Source: an uncultured Acidobacteriota bacterium (GTDB lineage Bacteria; Acidobacteriota; Thermoanaerobaculia; Multivoradales; UBA5704). Taken from it: a DNA stretch of 64,000 nt. This document shows, piece by piece, positions 1-8,460 of this stretch. The number at the start of each line of letters is the position of its first letter. The stretch's first letter is position 1. The stretch covers positions 928,001 through 992,000 of the forward strand of contig CAVYRF010000001.1 of the NCBI GenBank assembly GCA_963770895.1, read 5' to 3'. The notes under the pieces were generated by a model. It did no database searches, was not told the origin of the DNA, and worked only from the letters and a program-made list of their open reading frames with translations. The translations under genes and the position numbers were made by a program.

Positions 1-1
1 C

Positions 2-886
2 GACGCCTACGTCGCGGGCGTGACCTGGTCGCCCACCTTTCCCGGCGTCACCGCGGATTCCATCCAGCCAGCGCCGGGCGGCGGCTTCGCCGACGCTTTC
101 GTGACCGAGATCGGCGCCGCGGGCGACACCATCCTGTATTCGACCTTCCTGGGCGGTACCGGCAGTGACGGCGCAACGGCCCTGGCGGTGGACGCCGCCG
201 GCATTGCCTACGTGGTGGGCAACACCAGCTCGCCCACCTTTCCCGGCGTGACTCCGCGTTCGATCCAGGCGACCAACATGGGCAACCAGGATGTCTTCCT
301 GGCCGAGCTCAGCCCCAGCGGGACCGCCATCCTGTATTCCACCCTGCTGGGAGGCACAAACCTCGACCAGGCCACCGGCATCGCCCTGGACGGCTACGGC
401 AACATCTACATCACCGGCGAGACCTGGTCGGCCACCTTCCCAGGTGTCACCGCCGCCTCGCTGCAGCCCGAAAATGCCGGCGCCACCGACGCCTTCCTGG
501 TCAAGATCGCGGCCTCCGCCAGCCGCTCGTATTACACCGTGACACCCTGCCGCGTCGTCGACACCCGCACCGCCACCCCCCTCGCCGCCGGCGAGACCCG
601 CCAGTTCACCGTCACCGGCGCCTGCGGTATCCCCGCCACCGCCGCCGCCATCGCGGCCAACGTCACCGCCGTCCCTCTCGGCACCGCCGGCGCGCTGGTC
701 CTCTATGCCGGCGACGCTCCCCAGCCTCCCGCCACCAACAACCTCAGCTTCCTGGCCGGCCGCCCGCTGGCCAACAACGCCGTCATCCAGCTGGCCCGCA
801 ACGCCACCGGCACCCTGAACATCCAGGCCATCCTGCCGGCCGGCGCGACCCACGTCCTGCTGGACGTCACCGGCTACTTCCAGTAG
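2..886 (+). CDS. SBBP beta-propeller-repeat protein, C-terminal part (5'-truncated by window), with acidobacterial-type C-terminal domain
   Basis: Frame is open from base 2 (DAYVAGVTWSPTFPG...). It has repeated units 'YVxGxTxSxTFPGVT...DAFxxxl...ILYSTxLGG' and ends in 'YYTVTPCRVVDTR...CGIPATAAAIAANVTAV...HVLLDVTGYFQ', TAG at 884-886. Confidence 0.85.
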   Translation, partial: DAYVAGVTWSPTFPGVTADSIQPAPGGGFADAFVTEIGAAGDTILYSTFLGGTGSDGATALAVDAAGIAYVVGNTSSPTFPGVTPRSIQATNMGNQDVFLAELSPSGTAILYSTLLGGTNLDQATGIALDGYGNIYITGETWSATFPGVTAASLQPENAGATDAFLVKIAASASRSYYTVTPCRVVDTRTATPLAAGETRQFTVTGACGIPATAAAIAANVTAVPLGTAGALVLYAGDAPQPPATNNLSFLAGRPLANNAVIQLARNATGTLNIQAILPAGATHVLLDVTGYFQ

Positions 887-926
887 CGCGGTCCGGCCGC
901 CGCCCAGAACGCCGAGGAGCCTCCGG

Positions 927-1205
927 CTAGAAGTTGCAGCAGCCCGACTCTACGGCTACGTCGTACGCGGTCTTCTCGCCGGTGCAGGTGGTGCCGCTGC
1001 AGGTCTGGACGCACTCGCCGACCTGGGTGGTGTGCTGGGCGTTGCTGTAATAGAAGGTCCTGTAGGTGGGGTAGCCGTCGGCGCAGATGAAGGCGGCGGC
1101 GGGGCGCGGCGGCACCAGGAAGACGGTCGCAATGAAGGCGGCGAGGGTGAAGGCGAGAAGGGCGACGCGGCGGCCGAGGGGGGTGGCGGTACTGGGGTGT
1201 GGCAT
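927..1205 (-). CDS. Small secreted Cys-rich protein (DUF6289-like), 92 aa
   Basis: ATG at 1205 follows an AGGAGG RBS. The signal peptide ends ...PRPAAA. The mature part 'FYYSNAQHTTQVGECVQTCSGTTCTGEKTAY...CC' has 6 Cys and resembles the YYSdA..t.VG...C.G....G..T.Y pattern. Confidence 0.7.
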   Translation of the reverse strand: MPHPSTATPLGRRVALLAFTLAAFIATVFLVPPRPAAAFICADGYPTYRTFYYSNAQHTTQVGECVQTCSGTTCTGEKTAYDVAVESGCCNF

Positions 1206-1366
1206 GGCGGTCCTCCTGTCGTTTCTTCGACGTTGTGGATACAGAAATAGGTGTGTGTGGAGGACGGCCGGACGAGACGAGGGGCGCGGCCATGCTCCGC
1301 GGCCACGTGCGCGGCCGAGCGAGCCGCGCCCGCCTCCCCTGTCCCTCGCGCCACAGCATGTGTAGC

Positions 1367-2704
1367 ATGCAAGCGATGACACCGCTCGAACCCGTCTCGC
1401 AGGAAGAGCGCATCCGCTCCTTGGACACGCTGCGCGGGTTTGCGCTGCTGGGCATCCTGCCGGCGAACGTCCTCATCTTCGGCATGTACTTCGCGGCGGG
1501 CAACGACCCCATGGTGGCAGGCGGCGCCACTGGCCTGAACCTCGCGAGCTGGGCGGTGTTCCGCATCCTGGTCGAGGGCAGGATGCGCTGTCTGTTCTCA
1601 ATGGTCTTCGGGGCCGGCGTGATCCTGCTGACCGCGCGGGCCGAGGAGCGAGCCGGGGCCACCGCTGCCGCCGACATCTACTACCGGCGGAATCTCTGGC
1701 TGCTGGTGTTCGGCCTGGCGCACGCCTTCCTGCTGTTCTGGGGCGACATCCTCTATCCGTACGCCCTGTGCGCGCTGATCCTCTTCCCCTTCCGCAAGCT
1801 TTCGGCGAAAAAGCTCCTGATCATCGGCGGCTTGTTCATCGCGTTCAAGGCCGGGTGGGCCACCGTCGATGCATTCCGGCAGACCGAGCGGCGGAGCCTG
1901 GCTGCCGCGGCCGATGCTGCCGAGAAGGTGGGTCACCTGCCGACCGACGAGCAGGCCGCGGCGAGGCGGCAACTGGAAGCGCAGCGCCTGCAGCGCAAGC
2001 CATCGCCGGAGGCGCTGGCGAAGGACGCCGCGAAGTGGCGCGGCAATCCGCTGGAAGTGATCGGCGAACGGGCGAAATTCCTTGCGACATGGCACGGGCT
2101 GCCGTTCTACGACCCGGCGAATTGTGACATATGGAGCATGATGTTCATCGGCATGGGTCTCTTCAAACTGGGAGTCCTCAGTGCGGCGATGTCTTATCGT
2201 TTCTATATCTCGATCGCCGTCGCCGGAACCCTGATCGGAATCCCGCTGAGCTCGTGGATGGCATGGCTGGCGCTGAGGAGCCATTTCGACCGTGTGACCG
2301 TGCTGTCGACCCAGGTGGCCACCGACCTTGAGCGGCTGCCGGTCGCCCTTGCGTACATGGCGGTGCTGATGATCCTGTGCAAGGCAGGCAGGCTGCGGTG
2401 GCTGACCGGCCTCCTGGCCGCCATCGGGCAGACGGCCCTCAGCAACTACATCCTGCAATCGGTCATCTGCTCGCTCGTCTTCACCGGCTACGGCCTCGGC
2501 TTGTACGGACGGCTCGAACGGTATCAGCTCTACTTTGTAGTAGCAGGATGCTGGGCCCTGTCGCTGGCCGCAAGCCCCGTCTGGCTGCGGCACCACCGCT
2601 TCGGGCCGCTCGAATGGTGCTGGCGCTCGCTCACCTATTGGAAGCGGCAGCCGATGCGCGTGACCCGCCCACCGGCGGCCTCCCAGATCGCCGGCAGCTG
2701 CTGA
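1367..2704 (+). CDS. DUF418 (YeiB-like) integral membrane protein
   Basis: Motifs 'ERIRSLDTLRGFALLGIL', 'LFSMVFGAG', 'WGDILYPYA', 'GQTALSNYILQS' and 'FGPLEWCWRSLTY'. The start could be 1358, 1367 or 1376. Confidence 0.9.
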   Translation: MQAMTPLEPVSQEERIRSLDTLRGFALLGILPANVLIFGMYFAAGNDPMVAGGATGLNLASWAVFRILVEGRMRCLFSMVFGAGVILLTARAEERAGATAAADIYYRRNLWLLVFGLAHAFLLFWGDILYPYALCALILFPFRKLSAKKLLIIGGLFIAFKAGWATVDAFRQTERRSLAAAADAAEKVGHLPTDEQAAARRQLEAQRLQRKPSPEALAKDAAKWRGNPLEVIGERAKFLATWHGLPFYDPANCDIWSMMFIGMGLFKLGVLSAAMSYRFYISIAVAGTLIGIPLSSWMAWLALRSHFDRVTVLSTQVATDLERLPVALAYMAVLMILCKAGRLRWLTGLLAAIGQTALSNYILQSVICSLVFTGYGLGLYGRLERYQLYFVVAGCWALSLAASPVWLRHHRFGPLEWCWRSLTYWKRQPMRVTRPPAASQIAGSC

Positions 2705-2716
2705 TCCTAAGCTCTG

Positions 2717-3797
2717 GTGCGCTTCGCCTGGGTGCTGGGGCTGGTTGTCGCCGCGGTGCCGGCGCGGGCGGAGCCACCGGCCGTGGCGGCGACGTTGCCG
2801 GCCAGCGGTTTCGACGATGCGGCGGCGCGGCGCCTCTTCGAATACGACGCCGCGGCGCCGCTCGACGTCCGGGAGGAGAAGACCGAAACGCGCGGTGCTG
2901 CCGAGGTGGTGGACCTCTCCTACGCCAGCCCGTTGGGACGCGTGCCGGCCTTCCTGGTGCGTCCGCGGCGCGGCGGCGCGGCGACCGCGGCAGTGGGGAA
3001 GGCCGCGGCGACCGCGCCACCCGGCGGCGGTGTTCGTGCACCTCGGCCAGGGGAACCGCGGCACTTTCCTCGACGAGGCGGTCGACCTCGGCGGGCGCGG
3101 CCTGGTGTCGTTGCTGATCGGCGCGCCGTTCACCCGCCCCGAGCACCCCAAGGCCAAGATGCCCTTCGACGGCGAGCAGGACCGCCGGGACTTCGTGCAG
3201 GCCGCGATCGACGTGCGGCGCGGTTTCGATCTCCTCGCCGCCCGCGACGACGTCGACGCGACGCACCTGGGCTACGTCGGTCACAGTTTCGGCGCGACGA
3301 TCGGCGGCCCGCTGCTCGCCACCGAACCGCGCGTGCAAGCCTGGGTGCTGATGGCGGGCTTTGCCGCCCAGACGCGCGAGCTGTCGAGCGGCGACGGCCT
3401 CGCCGGCCTGGCCTTCCGCACGCTGCTGGCCGCGGACGACCAGCAGCGTTACCTCGCCACGCTGGCGCCGATCGACAGCGTTCGCTTCCTGCCGCACGCG
3501 CCGCCGGCGCCAATCCTCTTCCAGTTCGCCCGCCGCGACGAATACGTCGCGCCCTGGGATGCGGCACTCTGGCTGCAGGCCCGTCGCGGTCCAAACGAGG
3601 TAGCGTGGTACGACACGGGCCACACTTTCGACGCCGACGCGCGCCGCGACCGCGATGCCTGGCTGCTGCGCCAGCACAACCCGGCCCGCGTCCGGGGCAG
3701 CCGGCCGGGAGATCCCAGGCCCGTCAAATGTCTTCGGGGCTCGCTGCGACTGCCTCGCTGTCCTCTCGTCCGGCCTTACGGGTGCGCCACGATGTGA
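2717..3797 (+). pseudogene. Secreted alpha/beta-fold hydrolase split by a 1-nt frameshift near 3000-3025 (pseudogene or assembly indel)
   Basis: Signal peptide and 'DLSYASPLGRVPAFLVRP' are in the frame starting 2717. 'PAAVFVHLG', the nucleophile elbow 'GHSFG', 'RRDEYV' and 'WYDTGH' are in the +1 frame (ORF 2745-3797). Removing one base gives a 359-aa protein. Confidence 0.75.
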
Positions 3798-3834
3798 AGG
3801 TAGGCTTGACAGGTTGGCTTCATATATCTATCCT
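3792..3834 (+). promoter_or_regulatory. Sigma70 promoter of the MarR gene overlapped by an inverted repeat (probable MarR operator)
   Basis: TTGACA (3806-3811), 17 bp, TATCCT (3829-3834). Imperfect inverted repeat ATGTGAAG (3792-3799) / CTTCATAT (3818-3825). Confidence 0.7.
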
Positions 3835-3841
3835 TCCTGGC

Positions 3842-4294
3842 ATGACGGAAGCAGCAGATGGCCCAAACACCACGCTTGCCGTAAGGCTGGCGGAAGAGCT
3901 TCGGGGCTTCGGTGGCAAGCTGAAGCGCCACCTGCTCGCCCAGGCGGACGCTGGCGATCTGACTCCCTCGCAGACGGCTGTGCTCCTGCGCCTCGAGAAA
4001 GACGGGCCGGCTACGACCTCGACGCTTGCCAGAGCTGAGGGGATGCGACCTCAGTCGATGGGATCTGTCATCGCCGCGTTGGAGGAAGCTGGGCTGGTGG
4101 CCGGCGCGTCCGATCCGGCGGACGGGCGACAGACGATCCTGTCGTTGACCGACAGGTGCCGCTCTTTGCTCGTACAGGGGCGTGCCGCGCGGCAGGACTG
4201 GCTGGCGCGCACCATCGAAGCGCGGCTCCTGCCGCATGAGCAGGACCAGCTCGCGGCAGCGATGCCGCTGCTGCGGCGCCTGGTGGGCGAATGA
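3842..4294 (+). CDS. MarR-family transcriptional regulator, 150 aa
   Basis: Winged-HTH 'LTPSQTAVLLRLEKDGPATTSTLARAEGMRPQSMGSVIAALEEAGLV...DPADGRQTILSLT'. It is the C-terminal part of track ORF 2717-4294. Confidence 0.92.
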   Translation: MTEAADGPNTTLAVRLAEELRGFGGKLKRHLLAQADAGDLTPSQTAVLLRLEKDGPATTSTLARAEGMRPQSMGSVIAALEEAGLVAGASDPADGRQTILSLTDRCRSLLVQGRAARQDWLARTIEARLLPHEQDQLAAAMPLLRRLVGE

Positions 4295-4340
4295 GCCAAG
4301 CGCGCTGTGCCGCCAATCCATTGAAGAAAGGTCCACGCCT

Positions 4341-4685
4341 GTGACGACGCCCGACATCCACCCGCTGTATCTCCTCTCGCATTTCGCAGGCGGCGCGCTG
4401 CTGGTGAACGCGATCCCACATGTCGTCAGCGGCCTGATGGGGCGGCGATTCCCCAGCCCGTTCGCCAAGCCGCCCGGCAGGGGGCTATCGTCTGCGACGG
4501 TGAACGTGCTGTGGGGCTTTGGCAACCTCGTGGCCGCCTACTTCCTGGTGTGGCGAGTGGGTGGATTCGATCTCCGGCAGACAGGCGACATCGTGGCGCT
4601 GGCGCTCGGCATGCTCCTGCTCGGCCTCTGGCTTGCTCGGGACTTCGGCCAGCTGAACGGCGGCCGCGGGCCGCGGCCGGAGTGA
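4341..4685 (+). CDS. Small conserved-looking membrane protein, 114 aa
   Basis: GTG start, three hydrophobic segments and the motif 'NAIPHVVSGLMGRRFPSPFAKPPGRGLSSATVNVLWG'. Stop overlaps the MFS start (GTGA). Confidence 0.8.
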   Translation: MTTPDIHPLYLLSHFAGGALLVNAIPHVVSGLMGRRFPSPFAKPPGRGLSSATVNVLWGFGNLVAAYFLVWRVGGFDLRQTGDIVALALGMLLLGLWLARDFGQLNGGRGPRPE

Positions 4686-5908
4686 GCACCTCGCGGCCAG
4701 GCACCTTTCGCTCACTCAGCCACCACAACTATCGCCTCTGGGCAGGCGGTGCGCTGGTTTCCAACGTCGGCACCTGGGTGCAGGCAACGGCGCAGGACTG
4801 GCTGGTGCTGACGGTGCTCACCCACCGCAGCGCCTCGGCGGTGGGCATCGTCATGGCGCTCCAGTTCGCACCCCAGCTTCTGCTGCTTCCGTGGACGGGC
4901 TCCGCCGCGGACCATGCGGACCAGCGCAAGCTCCTCATCGCCACCCAGACAGCGATGGGCGTACTGGCGCTGATGCTGGGCGTGCTCACCGTGAGCGGAG
5001 TCGTGCGCCTATGGCACGTCTACGTCTTCGCCTTCCTGTTCGGCAGTGCGGCGGCGTTCGACGCGCCGGTGCGCCAGACCTTCGTCGGGCAACTGGTCGG
5101 CGACGAGGACCTGCACAACGCGGTCGCGCTCAATTCGATGTCGTTCAACATCGGCAACCTGATCGGTCCTGCGGTGTCAGGCCTGCTGATCGCCGCGGTC
5201 GGCACCGGCTGGGCGTTCCTCACCAATGGGGCCTCGTTCCTGGCCGTGCTGGGCTCGCTTTTGCTGCTGGACAAAGGCACGCTTCATCCTGCGGTGCGTT
5301 CCAGGCGGGCACGAGGAAGCTTCGCGCAGGGCCTGCGCTACGTTTCGCAGCGAGCCGACATCATCGCGATCCTCGTCATGCTCTTTCTGATCGGCACGTT
5401 CTGCCTGAACTTTCCCATCTTCATTTCGGTCATGGCGGCAAAGGTATTTCATACCGACGCGCGCGGCTACGGCCTGCTGTCGTCCGTCATGGCGGCAGGA
5501 ACGATCGGCGGTGCGTTCCTGAGCGCCCGGCGGGACAAGCCGCGGTTCGGCACGCTCCTGTGGTCCGCCGGCCTTCTCGGGGTCGGCTTTTCCCTTGCGG
5601 GGATCGCTCCCAGCTACTGGACCTTCGCCGCCGCTCTGATCGTCGTCGGCGTCGCGTACCTGACCTTCGTCACCGCCACCAACGGCCTCATGCAGCTTTC
5701 GACCGAGCCGGCCATGCGCGGGCGCATGATGGCGCTGCGTGTCGGCGTGGCACTGGGCGGCACGCCGGTAGGCGCACCGGCCGTCGGGTGGGTCGCGGAT
5801 CGCTTCGGGCCGCGCTGGGCGCTCGCCGTCGGCGCCGCGTCGGGCTTCGCGGCCGCGGCGGTCGCCGCCTACGCTCTCATGCGGCACGTCCAGCCGATCG
5901 AGGCGTGA
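4682..5908 (+). CDS. MFS transporter, 408 aa
   Basis: 'NYRLWAGGALVSNVGTWVQATAQDWLVL', 'FDAPVRQTFV', 'NAVALNS', 'MRGRMMAL'; about 12 hydrophobic segments. Confidence 0.92.
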   Translation: MSTSRPGTFRSLSHHNYRLWAGGALVSNVGTWVQATAQDWLVLTVLTHRSASAVGIVMALQFAPQLLLLPWTGSAADHADQRKLLIATQTAMGVLALMLGVLTVSGVVRLWHVYVFAFLFGSAAAFDAPVRQTFVGQLVGDEDLHNAVALNSMSFNIGNLIGPAVSGLLIAAVGTGWAFLTNGASFLAVLGSLLLLDKGTLHPAVRSRRARGSFAQGLRYVSQRADIIAILVMLFLIGTFCLNFPIFISVMAAKVFHTDARGYGLLSSVMAAGTIGGAFLSARRDKPRFGTLLWSAGLLGVGFSLAGIAPSYWTFAAALIVVGVAYLTFVTATNGLMQLSTEPAMRGRMMALRVGVALGGTPVGAPAVGWVADRFGPRWALAVGAASGFAAAAVAAYALMRHVQPIEA

Positions 5909-5947
5909 AGTTCCAGTTTCAGCGTCGGTTCACTGAGGTCAAAAACG

Positions 5948-6583
5948 ATGCGCGGGCGGCTGACACCAGGGTTTCGCATCGAACCGGCGACAGGTAGCGA
6001 CATCCCATGGATTGCCGACCTGGAGGCCACCGTCTACTCGCAATCGGACGCCGTACCTGAGCAGACGCTGCGAGAATGGTTCTCGGTGAATCCGAGCGGC
6101 TTCTCGATCGTTCGCGATCCGCACGGCAAGGCAATCGGCCACCTGGACATCCTGCCACTCCGTCCTGTCACGCTGGACGCTTTCCGCAAAGGGGATCTCG
6201 TCGAGCGCGAGATCGGGGGCGACGCGCTCTATTCACCCGCAGAGCGGGCTTCCATAACTGCACTCTATGTGGAAAGCATTATCTTGAGGCCGGACAAGGC
6301 CATATCGAAAGGGCTCGCCGTGCTCGCCGTTCTCGACAACCTCAGCTCAATTCTCGAGCGCGTCGCGGACGCAAAGACCGTCGAGCTGATCTACGCCATC
6401 GCGGCAACTGCGGCCGGCGAAAAGCTGCTACGAAAACTGAGCTTTGAACTGGAGAACGTTGCCGAACGGCGCCGGGATTCTCATAAGCTGTTCGTCGCAA
6501 GCGTCTCAGACGTTACCTCCAGGGCAGCAGCCTTCTCAGGAACGCAGTCGTCTATCTCACATTCTGTGCACCGCGGCACGTGA
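5948..6583 (+). CDS. Hypothetical protein, GNAT-like fold
   Basis: 'RIEPATGSDIPWIADLEATVY...LYVESI...IYAIAATAAGEKLLRKLSF' resembles the GNAT topology. GC is visibly lower than in the surroundings. Confidence 0.6.
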   Translation: MRGRLTPGFRIEPATGSDIPWIADLEATVYSQSDAVPEQTLREWFSVNPSGFSIVRDPHGKAIGHLDILPLRPVTLDAFRKGDLVEREIGGDALYSPAERASITALYVESIILRPDKAISKGLAVLAVLDNLSSILERVADAKTVELIYAIAATAAGEKLLRKLSFELENVAERRRDSHKLFVASVSDVTSRAAAFSGTQSSISHSVHRGT

Positions 6584-6941
6584 TCCAGCACGGCCTGCGG
6601 CCCGACGACCGAGTGGTGCAGAACCCCGGCCGTTCTTCAGGTTCGGGCCTGCTTCCTTCCGGCCTGCTTTCTTACTCGAGCGGCTGTTTGCCCCGACCGC
6701 GGCGCGCCTGGCGGCGCGACCGCGATCGGGCCGGGGGGCGAAGAGGGAAGGTTTTGCCGCGGCGAATGCCGCCTCATCCACTGCCGCCGAAATGGAGGGC
6801 TTTGATCCACATGCCGCGTGGGAACAGCGCCCCGGCCGGGCTGGGGCTGAATGGGTCGTCCCGGCGTCCGGCGCGAGGCGTCGCCTTCAAGCCTGTGCTC
6901 TCCGCAGCGATCGCGGAGGGGCAGGCCCCTTGGCTCCTTGG

Positions 6942-8078
6942 CTACGTCCCGCCGCGAGTGGCCTGGTCCGCGGCCCTGGCGAGGCTGTGCAGGAGTTCGA
7001 AGAACTTCGCCGATTGACCGATGAAGAGACCCATGGCAGTCAAGAATTTGAGGGCGCCCATCGCGGCTCCCGCGGTGGCGGTGGGTCGGATGATCGACAC
7101 CACCGGCAGCGTCCGGCTCAGGAAAGGACACGGCTTGGGCATGATCAGGTTGGTCTGGAAGTCCGGGCCGCCAAAGGGGGGTGAATTCAGGTCCGGGAAG
7201 ACCAGCCCATTGGTGGAGTCGGTCACCGGCGGCGCATCGCCCGCGATGTCGGACCAGGTTTGAAAGTGCATCGTTTCGGTGGGGCCGATGCTGAGCAGGA
7301 TGCGCAGCACTTCCGGGCTGGTGGCGCGCTGCGCCAGCGAAGGGTACAGACTGTTGCCGCCCTGTTCGATGGTCGGCATGTGAAACGCCGCCGTATTGAC
7401 GATCGCCTGCAGGTGGTCGTCGGGAGCGAGGTCGGCATCCGTCCTGGGTATCGCGGTGAACTGCCCTGCCGCCAAGCCGGGAATGGCTTGCGGGAACTTG
7501 AAGGTCGGATCCAGGTCGGGGTTGTTGGTGCTGCTGCGATAGCGGGTATACCAACTGGTATCCAGGGTGAGCTGCATGAGATTCGTCAGCCGCAGCTGCC
7601 CGCTGGAACCGGTCGCCGTGCTGCCCGGCAGCGTGCGGAACGGTTCCAGGTCCACCGGCTCGGCGCGCTTGCTGACCAGGTACGCGTTCAGAAAGCTCTG
7701 GTGGCTGAACTCATCATGGGTGTTGTCGTGGACGTATTGCGGAAAGTCCGAATCCAGATTCATGAACTTGGCGGTGTAGGCGGGATTGCCCGTGCCGCCG
7801 GGGACCTCGCTGTCCTGCACCCCTCCCAGCTCGTTGTACTGCACCCAGAAGTCGGTTTCGAGGATTTCCGCCGCGGCTGCGAACCTGATCAGAGCCGCAT
7901 CGCCCCGGGTGATGCCGGTGTTGCTTTCTTCTCCTTCCGGTACCTCGTCTCCGAGAGCAGGTGAGCTGCCGGCGAACAGGCCGCCGCTCATGATCGCCGC
8001 ACCTGCCGCCGTCAACCCGCCCTTCATCAAAGCGCGCCGGTCGAACCCTCTCTTCACACCATCTGGTGGGCGCCGCAT
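6942..8078 (-). CDS. Tat-exported ferritin-like (di-metal carboxylate) domain protein
   Basis: Twin-arginine signal 'FDRRALMK'. Metal-ligand-like motifs 'AAAAEILE', 'DEFSH', 'TIEQGG' and 'TETMH'. ATG at 8078 follows a GAAAGG RBS. Confidence 0.8.
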   Translation of the reverse strand: MRRPPDGVKRGFDRRALMKGGLTAAGAAIMSGGLFAGSSPALGDEVPEGEESNTGITRGDAALIRFAAAAEILETDFWVQYNELGGVQDSEVPGGTGNPAYTAKFMNLDSDFPQYVHDNTHDEFSHQSFLNAYLVSKRAEPVDLEPFRTLPGSTATGSSGQLRLTNLMQLTLDTSWYTRYRSSTNNPDLDPTFKFPQAIPGLAAGQFTAIPRTDADLAPDDHLQAIVNTAAFHMPTIEQGGNSLYPSLAQRATSPEVLRILLSIGPTETMHFQTWSDIAGDAPPVTDSTNGLVFPDLNSPPFGGPDFQTNLIMPKPCPFLSRTLPVVSIIRPTATAGAAMGALKFLTAMGLFIGQSAKFFELLHSLARAADQATRGGT

Positions 8079-8460
8079 AGTGCACTGCCTTTCTCGCGTG
8101 GTCGTTGAACATCGTGCCGGCTCGGCCGGCGACAACAGCGTTTCGCAAACATTGATGCAACTGGCAACGCGTGGTGGATGGCGAGTCAAGCGGAGCCTGT
8201 CTCGCGTTGAGTGGGTGCCCGCGCGACGGCAGGCGGTTCAATCCGCGGTTGCCGGCAACAATAGGTGCCGCGCTGCCTGCTAGCGCACGGGGCGGCTCAG
8301 GCCTGCGAAGGCGCGCAGGCTGCGCAGCGTCTCGCGGGTCTTGTCCTCGGCTGAGAGGCCCGCTTCCGGCGCGATCAGGGTTGGAAACTGGCGGGCGTGG
8401 GCGCCGCCTGCCCGTTACTCGGCTCCTTGGGCGCCTTGAACACCATGCGAAGGCGCCGGC

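Noticed and set aside
2717-4294. 525-aa hydrolase-MarR fusion ORF
   Set aside because: Artefact of the hydrolase frameshift. MarR has its own promoter and ATG at 3842.
6584-6941. Possible structured RNA or small gene in the convergent intergenic region
   Set aside because: Only generic GC-rich hairpins and featureless ORFs; no recognisable riboswitch, tRNA or U-tailed terminator.
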